Assembly (NCBI GenBank): GCA_016722375.1
Contig: JADKJG010000008.1
Coordinates: 33,081 to 97,080 of the forward strand
Direction: 5' to 3'
Source of the DNA: Bacteroidota bacterium
GTDB taxonomy: Bacteria; Bacteroidota; Bacteroidia; Chitinophagales; LD1
Length of the DNA stretch: 64,000 nucleotides
This document shows positions 38,669 to 49,031 of the stretch, one piece after another. The position numbers were made by a program, and so were the translations under genes. The notes under the pieces are model-generated. The model worked only from the letters and a program-made list of their open reading frames with translations. It was not told the DNA's origin and made no database searches. Positions within the stretch are counted from its first letter, which is position 1; the number at the start of each line of letters is the position of its first letter.

Positions 38669-41600
38669 ATGAAAAGAATACTTACGCTGCTTGGATTTTT
38701 GGCTGGTTTTTTTGTTGCCCATGCCCAGAATGGTGAAATATCCGGAAAGATTTTAGATGAAAACGGCGAAGGGATGATTTCTGCGAAGGTGGAAATTATT
38801 GATTCGAAAGGAGAGTTTACCGGTCGGGGAGCTATTACCGATTTTGATGGTAACTATGCTTTAAAGCCACTGACTCCCGGAAGGTATAACGTTCGTGTTT
38901 CGTTTATGGGATACAAAACCTATATTCAGTCAGGAATCATCGTGAACGCGGACAAGGCTACCTTCATTGATGTTAAACTGAGCTTGGTAGGAGTAGATAA
39001 AGATGCCGTAGAAATTATCGCTTATAAAAAGCCCCTGATTGATCCGGGTAATACTTCTGGAGGTGAGGTGGTCAGTTCAGAACAGATTAAGCAGAATGCC
39101 TCTAGAAATGTTTCAGACTTAGTGGCCTCAGGTGCCGGTATTGTGCAGTCCGACCAAGGAGGAGGCATCAACATTGGTGGACAAAGAGGTGAAGGAACGC
39201 AATATTATGTGGATGGAGTAAAGGTCATCGGTTCTCCCTCCCTCCCTGCCTCTTCTATTGAGCAGATTCAAGTGATCACCGGTGGTGTGCCGGCCAAGTA
39301 TGGTGATTTGACAGGAGGTATCATTAATATCACGACCAAAGGCCCATCGGGCACTTGGAATGGTGGCGCAGAATATCTCACCTCGCAGGGTTTGGATGCC
39401 GGAGGGTATAACTTGGTTAATGCCAACGTGACCGGCCCTATTTGGAAGGAAAAGAAAACCAAAAAGACGATTCTCGGTATTTTTCTTGCTGCCGAATATC
39501 TGGGACAGAAAGACGGAGACCCATCTGCTGTCGGAGTTTGGAAAATAAGACCTGATGTATTGGACTCGTTGCGGAGGTCACCACTTCAAAAGAAGTTGAC
39601 GGAAACAGGTTTCAATCTGAGTTCAGACAATATCACCTATAAGGATATGTATAAGGTGAAAACAAAGGATAATGTTTACTCGCATAATTTTAAAGGAAAT
39701 GCCCGTATTGATTTAAGGCCGGCGGACAATTTCACACTTTCCTTTGGCGGAACGGTTGCTCATAACCGATACCATTCTTGGGTAGAAGAATACCAACTGT
39801 TTAACACAGAAAACAATCCTTACTTCAAGGATATGAATTACCGAGTTTATGGAAGGTTCACACATACCATTCAATCCAAAACCTCCGACGATGATAAAAA
39901 GAAGGCATCGGCTTTTCAAAATGCCTATTACATGGTTCAGGTGGACTATGAAAAGTACTACCAAACTAATGGAGACGATTCGCATGGATTTAATGCCTTT
40001 GATTACGGTCATATTGGGAAATTTGAAACAAGGCGTTCACCCACTTTTGAGTTTAACACATTTGTAGATACGATTACCAATCAGAATTTTCGCGGGTTTA
40101 TACAGAATGGAAACGGCGACACTGCCGTATTATTTACGCCGGGCACATTGAATCCTTTCGGAACCAGATACACTCAGCAGTATTATGAGTTGTTGGGTGC
40201 CCAGCCAGACCAAAATGGTCGTTACGAGGTGTATGGAGACAACAATGCCAACTTTACCTCCAACTTAGACCAGATTCAGGCCAATCAGGCTTTAATCAAT
40301 GGAACTCGTTCCAATGTGGTCAACAATATTTGGTTCAATACCGGCAGACAATACAATGGTTTTGGCGTTGGAGCAGATAATGACCAGTACCGGGTTCGTT
40401 TAGAAGGTTCCTTTGATATTTTGAAGCCAGGATCGGCTTCCAGAAACAAACACAATTTTGAATTTGGTGTGGAGTATGAGCAACGTATTAACAGGTATTA
40501 CTCCGTTTCTCCGTTGGCTTTATGGCAGAGAGCAAGAGCCTTAGCCAATAAACACCTGACAGAATTGGATAGAGCTAACCCTGTTTTAAGAATCAATGGA
40601 GTTAATTACACCTATGATGACTTAAATCGCCCTAATTTTTATGTAACTGATACTATCTTATTTAATCGCCTTTATAAGGCTTCGGATCAGGCTTTCTTTG
40701 ATAAATCATTAAGAAAATCACTCCAGCTAGCTGAAAATGGAACAGATTGGATTGATGTGGATGCTTTGGATCCAAGCCAGTTGAATATCAAAATGTTCTC
40801 TCCCGAAGAGTTGTTGCAGGATGGAGCCTCTTTGGTCGGCTATCGCGGTTATGACCAATATGGAAACAAGTATAGCAAGCAGCCTTCTTGGAATGATTTC
40901 TTTACAAAGAGAAGAGCAGACGGCGAACTCGAAAGAGCAATTCCCGCCTTCCGTCCGGTATATGCCGCTGCCTATCTTTCTGACCGTTTCTATTTTAAAG
41001 ATCTGACCTTTAACGTTGGTGTGCGTGTTGACCGCTTTGATGCAAACGAAAAGGTGTTGAAAGATCCATACTCTTTATATCCAATTTACACGGCTTCGGA
41101 AGTAACCCGTATCGGGAACAACGACGTTTCGCACCCGGCCAATATCGGAAGCGACTATTATGTTTATGTAGATAATACAAAAGCTCAGGAACCTGGTTAT
41201 ATCACCGGTTACCGGAATGGAAATACTTGGTATGATCGTTTTGGTAATGAATTGGCCAGTGGCAACTCTTTGGCTTTAGCATCGGCTACAGGAAGTATTC
41301 AGCCCTACCTCAAAGGTCAGAGTCGGGATATAAAGGACCCGAACACGTTTGATCCCAACGGGACCTTTAAGGACTATACCCCTCAGATTGTGGTGATGCC
41401 TCGCTTGCAGTTCTCATTTAACTTGACAGACAAGGCTTTATTCTTTGCACACTATGATGTTCTTTCACAAAGACCTACCGGACAGGTAATCACGGATCCT
41501 ACCCAATGGCTTTACTTCGAAAACTCTGTAGGAGGAGTTTTCAATAACGCAGGACTAAAACCTGTCAAAACCATTGATTTTGAGTTAGGGTTTAAACAGG

Positions 41601-42463
41601 TGGTGAGCAAAACCTCAGCGGTTACTATCTCGGCAGTTTATCGTGAATTTAGAGATTTGATTCAGGTGCGCAAGATTATAAATGCCTATCCTAAAGATTA
41701 TATAACTTTTGACAATATTGATTTTGGAACCTATAAGGCCATAAAACTGGATTTCGATATGCGCCGTACCGGCAACTTCACCTTGAAAGCAAATTACACG
41801 CTATCTTTTGCTGAGGGTACAGGTTCAGATGCCGGAACTCAGTTTAATATTATCAACGGAGGCCAACCAAATTTCCGCTCCATCAACTATTTAAACTTCG
41901 ACGCTCGTCATGTAATCAATGCCACCGCCGCTTATAGCTACGGTTCCGGGAAAGATTATAATGGCCCTGTGATTAAAAACTCTCAGATTCTTTCTAATTC
42001 CGGAATAAGTTTACAGGTAGCCGGTCGTTCAGGAACTCCTTACACCGCCCAACAAAATGCCACCCCTAATGCACTGCAAGGTCAGCCGGGCAGACCAATT
42101 TCTGAAGGAACCATTAACGGCTCTCGATTACCTTGGTACTTCCGTTTGAATCTCAAGGTCTGGAAGGATTTCTCTTTCCGCGTGGGTAATAAGGAGACTA
42201 AGAAGAGCGACAAACGCGAACTGTCTTTTCAAGTGTATGTGCAAATTCAGAACCTTTTGGATAGTAGAAATGTGGTAGGACTATATCGTTATACGGGCAC
42301 CCCAAATGATGATGGTTATCTGAGCGATCCAGCAAGTTCGCCTACCATTCAGGCTGCCTTAAATCCTCAGGCATTTAAAGATCAGTATGCAGCCTATATC
42401 AACAGACCAAGCAATTACAGCGTTCCGAGAAGAATTTTCCTCGGAGGATTATTTAGTTTTTAA
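38669..42463 (+). CDS. giant TonB-dependent-receptor-like outer-membrane barrel with an N-terminal CarboxypepD_reg domain
   Basis: 1264 aa with a signal peptide, a CarboxypepD_reg domain (GKILDENGEGMISAKVEI...GRYNVRVSFMGYKT), a plug motif (ITGGVPAKYGDLTGGIINITTKG) and a terminal aromatic (LFSF). Confidence 0.8.
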   Translation: MKRILTLLGFLAGFFVAHAQNGEISGKILDENGEGMISAKVEIIDSKGEFTGRGAITDFDGNYALKPLTPGRYNVRVSFMGYKTYIQSGIIVNADKATFIDVKLSLVGVDKDAVEIIAYKKPLIDPGNTSGGEVVSSEQIKQNASRNVSDLVASGAGIVQSDQGGGINIGGQRGEGTQYYVDGVKVIGSPSLPASSIEQIQVITGGVPAKYGDLTGGIINITTKGPSGTWNGGAEYLTSQGLDAGGYNLVNANVTGPIWKEKKTKKTILGIFLAAEYLGQKDGDPSAVGVWKIRPDVLDSLRRSPLQKKLTETGFNLSSDNITYKDMYKVKTKDNVYSHNFKGNARIDLRPADNFTLSFGGTVAHNRYHSWVEEYQLFNTENNPYFKDMNYRVYGRFTHTIQSKTSDDDKKKASAFQNAYYMVQVDYEKYYQTNGDDSHGFNAFDYGHIGKFETRRSPTFEFNTFVDTITNQNFRGFIQNGNGDTAVLFTPGTLNPFGTRYTQQYYELLGAQPDQNGRYEVYGDNNANFTSNLDQIQANQALINGTRSNVVNNIWFNTGRQYNGFGVGADNDQYRVRLEGSFDILKPGSASRNKHNFEFGVEYEQRINRYYSVSPLALWQRARALANKHLTELDRANPVLRINGVNYTYDDLNRPNFYVTDTILFNRLYKASDQAFFDKSLRKSLQLAENGTDWIDVDALDPSQLNIKMFSPEELLQDGASLVGYRGYDQYGNKYSKQPSWNDFFTKRRADGELERAIPAFRPVYAAAYLSDRFYFKDLTFNVGVRVDRFDANEKVLKDPYSLYPIYTASEVTRIGNNDVSHPANIGSDYYVYVDNTKAQEPGYITGYRNGNTWYDRFGNELASGNSLALASATGSIQPYLKGQSRDIKDPNTFDPNGTFKDYTPQIVVMPRLQFSFNLTDKALFFAHYDVLSQRPTGQVITDPTQWLYFENSVGGVFNNAGLKPVKTIDFELGFKQVVSKTSAVTISAVYREFRDLIQVRKIINAYPKDYITFDNIDFGTYKAIKLDFDMRRTGNFTLKANYTLSFAEGTGSDAGTQFNIINGGQPNFRSINYLNFDARHVINATAAYSYGSGKDYNGPVIKNSQILSNSGISLQVAGRSGTPYTAQQNATPNALQGQPGRPISEGTINGSRLPWYFRLNLKVWKDFSFRVGNKETKKSDKRELSFQVYVQIQNLLDSRNVVGLYRYTGTPNDDGYLSDPASSPTIQAALNPQAFKDQYAAYINRPSNYSVPRRIFLGGLFSF

Positions 42464-42511
42464 ATAGAGCACAACCAAAGAACCATAAATTAGTTATCAA
42501 AAATCAAGAGT

Positions 42512-45500
42512 ATGAAAAAGGAATTTTTTAAAACGGCACTTTGGGCTGTTCTCATTTTGGTGAGTGTTGCCTCTCAGGCAAGAGAGGAGTTTAATAAGCC
42601 TAAAAAAACAAACTCCAGATCAACTTTTAAAACAGAAGCCGGAGATTGTACCGCTTCTATTGCTCAGTTTGATATGGACATTAATAACGTTCGGACGAGA
42701 CTTTTAACCGGAGGAGATGCTTGGTGGGACGTCAGTAGTTTGCCTAAGTATGAGGTTCCCAAAGGCTCTGATTTACATGCAATTTTTGCCGGTTCGATAT
42801 GGATTACCGGATTGGATGATGGTAACAATTTAAAATGTGCCGCCGTTCGCTATCGCCAAAATGGAAATGATTTCTGGCCTGGCCCTTTAGATAATTCGGC
42901 CTCTACAGATCGTGCTACATGCAGCCGCTTTGACCGCCATTTCAATGTGTATGGAAGAGATATTGCTGCGGCACAAACCGCCTTCCTTCAAAAGGGTTCG
43001 GCTACTACTTTAGCAGATATACCTCGCGGGCTTTTAGGTTGGCCGGCAAAAGGGAATCAATATCTGGCAACAGATCCTACGCTTGTGGGACAAACTTTTA
43101 ACATTAACGAGAATCTGGCCCCGTTTAAAGATGCGGACGGAGACGGTATCTATGATCCGGTAAAAGGAGACTATCCTGTCATTCCTTGCCCATCCGGCGA
43201 CCCGATAGCTTATGGAGACCAGATGGTTTTCTGGGTTTTCAATGATGCAGGGAACATCCATACCGAGTCTAATGGACAGGCTATTGGGGTTCAAGTCAAT
43301 GCACTGGCCTTTGGATTCCAAACAACGGATGAGATTGACAACATGACGTTTTACAAGTATGAAATCACTAATAAGTCCACCAACAAACTGAATCAGACTT
43401 ACATATCGCAGTGGGTGGATCCTGATTTGGGATGTTTTAATAATGACAAAATTGGTTGTGATACGGTGCGGTCTTTAGGCATTTGCTATAACGGAACAAC
43501 CCCTGACCCTGACTGCCAACAGGAGAACGGATATGGCACACAGCTTCCTATTGTTGGTTTTGACTTTTTTGAAGGGCCAATAAGCGACAGCGGACAACAA
43601 TTGGGCTTGAGTTCTTTTGTTTATTTCACCAACGGAGCCGTTTTCTCTCAGCAAGATCCGGGGTCTGCTGCGCAATACCGAAACTATCAAACAGGTTTTT
43701 GGAACGATGGAACGCCATTTACAACGGGCGGAACCGGATATAATTCAGGGGGGGCACCAACTAAATTTCTCTTCCCCGGCAATCCAAGCGATCCTGACTC
43801 ATGGAGCGAATGTCAAAAAGCTGTTTCAGAAATTCTTCAGCCCGCTGACCGCCGATTTGTTCAAACATCCGGTCCATTTACTTTGTTGCCGGGAGTGCCG
43901 CAATCGGTGACCGTTGGCTGTGTGTTCGTTCGTCCATCCGGGCAGGGTGTTGGATTATGCCCTAACTTTTCTACCACCATTGCTCCTGCCGATGATAAGG
44001 CACAGCAGCTATTTAATACTTGCTTCAAACTCTTGGACGGCCCAGAAGCACCTTCTTTAAAAATCCGAGAACTAAGCAACGAGGTTATTATCAATCTGGT
44101 AAACTTTCCGGGTTCCAATAACTTTGGGGAGAAATACGACGAAGTGGACGGTGCAACTGCACAGTCTGTGTCGCAATTACCCGGTGGTAAGGGGGATTCG
44201 ACCTTCACCTTTGAAGGCTATAAAGTCTATCAATTGAGCAGAAGAGATGTCTCTGCCACCGATTTGAACGATCCCGATAAAGCAAAGCTATATGCTCAGG
44301 TGGATGTCAAGAATGGCATATCGAAAATTATTAACTTTAAAAAGGACGCTACCTTGGGTCTGTTTATTCCTGTATTGGAAGTAGATGGAACCGATGCAGG
44401 CGTTGAGAATTCTTTCCGGGTTACTCAGGATCTTTTTGCCACCGGAAACAACAAACAGTTAGTGAATCATAAAACCTATTATTACACGGCAGTAGCCTAC
44501 GCCTATAATAATTACAAGCAATTCGAGCAGGGTAATCCTTCAGACGGAGGGCAATTATTGCCGTATTTGCAAGGTCGCGGAAACTTTAAAGTATATACCG
44601 CAATACCTCATATTCCAGATCCAAGGAATGAAGGAACCATATTGAATTCAGTTTGGGGAGATGGGGTAGAAGTAAAAAGAATTGAGGGGCAAGGAAACGG
44701 CGGAAGTAATCTAATGCTGACTCCTGAGTCCATTGCGAAAATTCTGGCTTCCGGCACTTATGGAATTGCAGATACCTTAGTTTATCAAAAAGGCTTAGAT
44801 CCTATTGGGCTTCGCGTTACGGATCCGGTTAGCTTGCTGGAAGCTGATTTCGAGTTGAACTTTAAGGACACCGTTACAAACAATATCGGTATTACCACCA
44901 GTTGGTTTTTACACGACCTAACCAACGGAGACACTATTTTTTCAGAACGCACGCTGGATCGTCCTTATGAACAGCAAATTATCCTGACCAAAAATGGTAA
45001 TAGATTAGACTATGGTTTCTCTATTAAATTAGGAACACCGGCAAAGCGCTATACGATACTCGCCAACTATCCCGTTCAAGGATTGCCGCAGCGAGCTGTT
45101 TATGACCCGCTTCCCGAACAATCGTCTATCACCTACCAGATTCCGACGCAGCAATGGCTTAGCTTTCTGGAAGATGAAGGGGTTAACTCTCCAAGCAATT
45201 GGATTCGCTCGGGTTCCAATGCAGCCGGCCAACAACAACCAGGTGGTGGCGGCGCTAATCCTTTAGCAGGAGTCTATGACGCTAATTGGTATTTTACGGG
45301 TCCGGTTCCCCCTTCCGATCCGGCAGAAGGAGACAATATTTATACCGACACCAACAATATTTTTAGTAAAATCCTGAATGGAACCTGGGCACCCTATTGT
45401 CTGGCTGCCAACTATGCCAATAAATCCACTACGGCATCAATACCCTATGCGTATGGGCCGGGATTCAAATGGAGAAACTATGGTGGCTACCCGATTCCAC

Positions 45501-46681
45501 CGCCACATAACACCCTTGACAAATTGGCCAGTGTGGATATTGTGATTACGCCAGACAGAAGCAAATGGTCGAGGTGTGTCGTGTTTGAAACCGGAGAAGA
45601 TGAAAGTATCAATCAGGGAAACGAAATATACAACCGAACAATTAGTAATTCGCAGGTGCAAAACCGGGGAGCACTAAAGGGACAGATAAGGATGGCCTAT
45701 TCCAAGGTTCTGGATGCCAACGGCAATTTGGTTGGCGTGGATCCTTACGGCCCGGATGCAGATACCGGACGTTCCTATTTCCCTGGCTATGCGATCAATG
45801 TAGAAACCGGAGAGCGCCTGAATATGGCTTTTGGAGAAAGTTCCGATCAGGGTGACCAGAATGGTCGTGACATGTTTTGGAATCCAAGTCCGAATCTATA
45901 CAGCCCCCTTTTCCAACCTTATTTTGGTGGGAAGCACTTTATCTACGTCATGGATACCAGATATGATGAAGGCTATGCAGCGCAACAATTACTGCTCAGA
46001 ACGTATGATAGTATTATTACTCAACAGTTAGTAATTCCGCGAACGCTCTATCCTTTATATCAAAGCCTGATGTGGACATCCATTCCTTATCTTTCAGCGG
46101 GTTACAACTTCCTGCCTGATGGAAATGGACAAAAATATATTCCGCCAACAGAGATTGCTGTTCGATTGAGGGTAGAAAAGCCGTATGACCGGTTTGCAAC
46201 AAGTGCTTCTTCGGGAATGGATTCAACCTTGCCCCGCTATCAGTTCAGCACCAAAGGCATCGGTGCAACAGAAAAAAATCCTGAAATGGCTAAAAGTGCT
46301 CTAGATATTATTCGGGTAGTTCCCAACCCATACCTGGCCTATTCTGACTATGAAACAGACCAGAATACCAATGCGGTTAAAATCACCAACCTGCCCAATG
46401 TTTGTAACATTACGATCTTCTCGATTGACGGGGTGATTATTCGAAAACTTAGCCGCGCTATAGGTGTTGATCCTATAACGAATCGCAAAGTGGAAATCAG
46501 CGACGGTGGCACCGTCAGCGGAGGGAACATAGACAATACCATTACCTGGGATTTAAAGAACGACAAGGGTGTTCCAATTGCCAGTGGTATTTATTTAGTT
46601 CATGTGGAAGCACCGGGAATTGGACAAAGAACACTTAAATGGTTTGGTGCTGTCCGTCCGGCAGATACTACTAATTTCTAA
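42512..46681 (+). CDS. 1389-aa secreted protein of unknown function with a T9SS/FlgD-Ig-like C-terminal domain
   Basis: Signal peptide MKKEFFKTALWAVLILVSVASQA. The tail at 46298-46678 reads VVPNPY...ITIFSIDGVIIRKL...WDLKNDKGVPIASGIYLVHV. The body has no family I recognise. Confidence 0.8.
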   Translation: MKKEFFKTALWAVLILVSVASQAREEFNKPKKTNSRSTFKTEAGDCTASIAQFDMDINNVRTRLLTGGDAWWDVSSLPKYEVPKGSDLHAIFAGSIWITGLDDGNNLKCAAVRYRQNGNDFWPGPLDNSASTDRATCSRFDRHFNVYGRDIAAAQTAFLQKGSATTLADIPRGLLGWPAKGNQYLATDPTLVGQTFNINENLAPFKDADGDGIYDPVKGDYPVIPCPSGDPIAYGDQMVFWVFNDAGNIHTESNGQAIGVQVNALAFGFQTTDEIDNMTFYKYEITNKSTNKLNQTYISQWVDPDLGCFNNDKIGCDTVRSLGICYNGTTPDPDCQQENGYGTQLPIVGFDFFEGPISDSGQQLGLSSFVYFTNGAVFSQQDPGSAAQYRNYQTGFWNDGTPFTTGGTGYNSGGAPTKFLFPGNPSDPDSWSECQKAVSEILQPADRRFVQTSGPFTLLPGVPQSVTVGCVFVRPSGQGVGLCPNFSTTIAPADDKAQQLFNTCFKLLDGPEAPSLKIRELSNEVIINLVNFPGSNNFGEKYDEVDGATAQSVSQLPGGKGDSTFTFEGYKVYQLSRRDVSATDLNDPDKAKLYAQVDVKNGISKIINFKKDATLGLFIPVLEVDGTDAGVENSFRVTQDLFATGNNKQLVNHKTYYYTAVAYAYNNYKQFEQGNPSDGGQLLPYLQGRGNFKVYTAIPHIPDPRNEGTILNSVWGDGVEVKRIEGQGNGGSNLMLTPESIAKILASGTYGIADTLVYQKGLDPIGLRVTDPVSLLEADFELNFKDTVTNNIGITTSWFLHDLTNGDTIFSERTLDRPYEQQIILTKNGNRLDYGFSIKLGTPAKRYTILANYPVQGLPQRAVYDPLPEQSSITYQIPTQQWLSFLEDEGVNSPSNWIRSGSNAAGQQQPGGGGANPLAGVYDANWYFTGPVPPSDPAEGDNIYTDTNNIFSKILNGTWAPYCLAANYANKSTTASIPYAYGPGFKWRNYGGYPIPPPHNTLDKLASVDIVITPDRSKWSRCVVFETGEDESINQGNEIYNRTISNSQVQNRGALKGQIRMAYSKVLDANGNLVGVDPYGPDADTGRSYFPGYAINVETGERLNMAFGESSDQGDQNGRDMFWNPSPNLYSPLFQPYFGGKHFIYVMDTRYDEGYAAQQLLLRTYDSIITQQLVIPRTLYPLYQSLMWTSIPYLSAGYNFLPDGNGQKYIPPTEIAVRLRVEKPYDRFATSASSGMDSTLPRYQFSTKGIGATEKNPEMAKSALDIIRVVPNPYLAYSDYETDQNTNAVKITNLPNVCNITIFSIDGVIIRKLSRAIGVDPITNRKVEISDGGTVSGGNIDNTITWDLKNDKGVPIASGIYLVHVEAPGIGQRTLKWFGAVRPADTTNF

Positions 46682-46709
46682 AACGATAGGATAAATAATA
46701 AGTGATTAT

Positions 46710-47789
46710 ATGAGGAGAATTTTAACCGTACTTGCGTTAGTGCTTCTGGTTTCCGGGAATCTTTTTGCTGGAAATCCTGACCGGAGAGGTGAAGCCGGAG
46801 CTTATGAACTGGTAATGAATGGATGGGGGCGTTCTTCCGGTTTTTTCAGTATGAATTCAGCCAATGTAGCTGGCATCGAGTCTGAAAGAATCAATCCGGC
46901 AGGGTTGGCTTTCACCCAGAAAACGGAAATGGCCGCTGCTTATACTTTGTGGCTACAGGGTTCGGGTGTAGGATTGATACACGGTGGTATTGCTCAGAAC
47001 ATTAAAAACGCACATTATATTGGCATCAGTGTACAGGCACTGAGCCTCGGCATCATAGAGCGGACTACCGCTCAAAACCCGGAAGGAGGCATTGGTACTT
47101 TCCGCCCGGCTTTTGTAAACATCGGTATTTCTTATGCCCATAGGTTCTCCAACAGTATATCTGGCGGAGTTACCTTTCGTTTAGTCAACGAGGGGCTTGG
47201 GAATATCAATGCATTCGGGCTTTCTGTTGATGCCGGATTGCAGTATGTAACCGGTAAGAAGGATAACATTCACTTCGGCGTATCTCTTCGTAATGTAGGT
47301 ACGGCCATGACCTTTAGAGGCGATGCCCTGGCAACTTCTGTCACTATTGTTTCCAGTTCTACCTATCAACTGACGGCTTCGAAGCGGGCCAATAAATTTG
47401 AGCTGCCTACACAACTCAACATCGGTGCAGCTTATGACATCTGGATGGGAAAGAAAAGAGAAGTTAAAGCTAAAGTCTTCAAACAAGATTATCGCCTGAC
47501 GATCCTTGCAAACTTCACCTCCAATGCTTTTGGATATGACTATTATGGAGTAGGAGCAGAGTTTGGATGGAAAGAAATTCTGATGTTGCGTGCTGCTTAC
47601 CGCTTCGAAAACGGCATGTTCAAGGAATCAACCAGCCTGAGCGCCTATACCGGATTAGCCGCGGGCCTCACCGTGCAGGCTCCTTTCAAAAAGGACGGAG
47701 GCGGCCCCATCCTTTCTATTGATTATTCTTTTAGAGCTACCCGGACATTTATGGGTACGCACAGCATCGGTTTGCGGTTTAATTTATAA
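46710..47789 (+). CDS. PorV/PorQ-family-like outer-membrane protein
   Basis: 359 aa with a signal peptide and GEAGAYELVMNGWGRSSGFFSMNSANVAGIESERINPAGLA, which matches the PorV-family N-terminal pattern. C-terminal beta-barrel. Confidence 0.65.
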   Translation: MRRILTVLALVLLVSGNLFAGNPDRRGEAGAYELVMNGWGRSSGFFSMNSANVAGIESERINPAGLAFTQKTEMAAAYTLWLQGSGVGLIHGGIAQNIKNAHYIGISVQALSLGIIERTTAQNPEGGIGTFRPAFVNIGISYAHRFSNSISGGVTFRLVNEGLGNINAFGLSVDAGLQYVTGKKDNIHFGVSLRNVGTAMTFRGDALATSVTIVSSSTYQLTASKRANKFELPTQLNIGAAYDIWMGKKREVKAKVFKQDYRLTILANFTSNAFGYDYYGVGAEFGWKEILMLRAAYRFENGMFKESTSLSAYTGLAAGLTVQAPFKKDGGGPILSIDYSFRATRTFMGTHSIGLRFNL

Positions 47790-47816
47790 TTCCTAAATTT
47801 GTATCTTTAAATTACG

Positions 47817-47850
47817 GAGACGCCTCTTCGAGGGGCGTCTTTTCATTTTA
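47817..47850 (+). terminator. rho-independent terminator ending the three-gene OM operon
   Basis: GAGACGCCTC, a TTCG loop, AGGGGCGTCT, then TTTCATTTT. Confidence 0.8.
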
Positions 47851-47948
47851 GCTAAACGTACGAACTTAAAGAAGATAAAAAGAGGGAGAGTTAGTTCTAA
47901 CTTTCCATCCTGATAGCTTTAGATACTTCACACTTTAATTCCATTAAA

Positions 47949-48422
47949 ATGTCAGACATATTCTACATGACCAGAGAGGGTCTCGAGAAACTTCGAGATG
48001 AAGTGAAATACTTGCGAACAGTAAAACGTCCTGAAATTGCTAAAGCCATAGCCGAAGCCCGCGAAAAAGGCGATTTGAGTGAAAACGCCGAATACCATGC
48101 TGCCAAAGAAGAGCAGGGACATCTGGAAGCCAAATTATCTGAGATGGAAACTTCTTTGGCCAATGCGCGCGTTATAGATGAGAGCAGACTTGATGCTTCT
48201 AAAGCCAGTATCCTTTCTTACGTCGAAGTGCTGAACAAGAAGCTAAATAAGAAAATGAAGTTTCTGTTAGTAAGCGAAGCCGAGGCCAACCTGAAGGAAA
48301 ACAAACTCTCGATTACTTCTCCTATCGGCAAAGCTTTATTGGGTCGCGCCGAAGGCGACGTAGTAAAGGCCCAAACGCCGGCCGGAGTGATGGAACTTGA
48401 AATACTCAAAATAAGTTTGTAG
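47949..48422 (+). CDS. greA: transcription elongation factor GreA
   Basis: 157 aa: LSENAEYHAAKEEQ, C-terminal SPIGKALLG. Confidence 0.95.
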   Translation: MSDIFYMTREGLEKLRDEVKYLRTVKRPEIAKAIAEAREKGDLSENAEYHAAKEEQGHLEAKLSEMETSLANARVIDESRLDASKASILSYVEVLNKKLNKKMKFLLVSEAEANLKENKLSITSPIGKALLGRAEGDVVKAQTPAGVMELEILKISL

Positions 48423-48457
48423 GCTGAACCATTCGTATCCAATAACCACCAGCCACT

Positions 48458-48850
48458 ATGACCATTTTCTCTAAAATAATATCGGGCGAGATACCCTGCT
48501 ACAAAATTGCAGAAGACGAACACTGCTTTGCCTTTTTGGATATTGCCCCTCTGGCAAAAGGCCACGTATTGGTTGTGCCAAAGCAGGAGACGGATTATCT
48601 GTTCGATCTGGATGACGCTGCCTTATCGCGCCTGTTCCTGTTCGCAAAAAGAGTGGCGCTGGCTCTTGATAAAGCAATCCCCTCCAAGAGGGTAGGAGTA
48701 GCGGTGGTGGGCTTGGAAGTGCCTCACGCACATATTCATCTCGTTCCGCTCTATTCCGTTCATGACATTGATTTCAGCCGACCTAAACTGAAAATCGAAA
48801 AGGAAGAAATGGAACAAATCGCGGAGAGCATCCGTTGGGAAATTAGGTAA
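48458..48850 (+). CDS. HIT family hydrolase
   Basis: 130 aa: FSKIISGEIP and histidine triad HAHIHLVP. Confidence 0.92.
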   Translation: MTIFSKIISGEIPCYKIAEDEHCFAFLDIAPLAKGHVLVVPKQETDYLFDLDDAALSRLFLFAKRVALALDKAIPSKRVGVAVVGLEVPHAHIHLVPLYSVHDIDFSRPKLKIEKEEMEQIAESIRWEIR

Positions 48851-49031
48851 GAAATCCCCCCTTACAAAGCACTTCTCGCCCGTCCTGAAATAAATAGTAA
48901 CCGTTTGGGTCAAAACGCTCGGTATTAAATAGGCTTGAACATCATCCATACTTAACCGTATTTAAGTCCTTCTGATTACATCTCTTTCTCCATACCAGGC
49001 CAATCTGCACAAGACGAATGTGCCAGATTTT

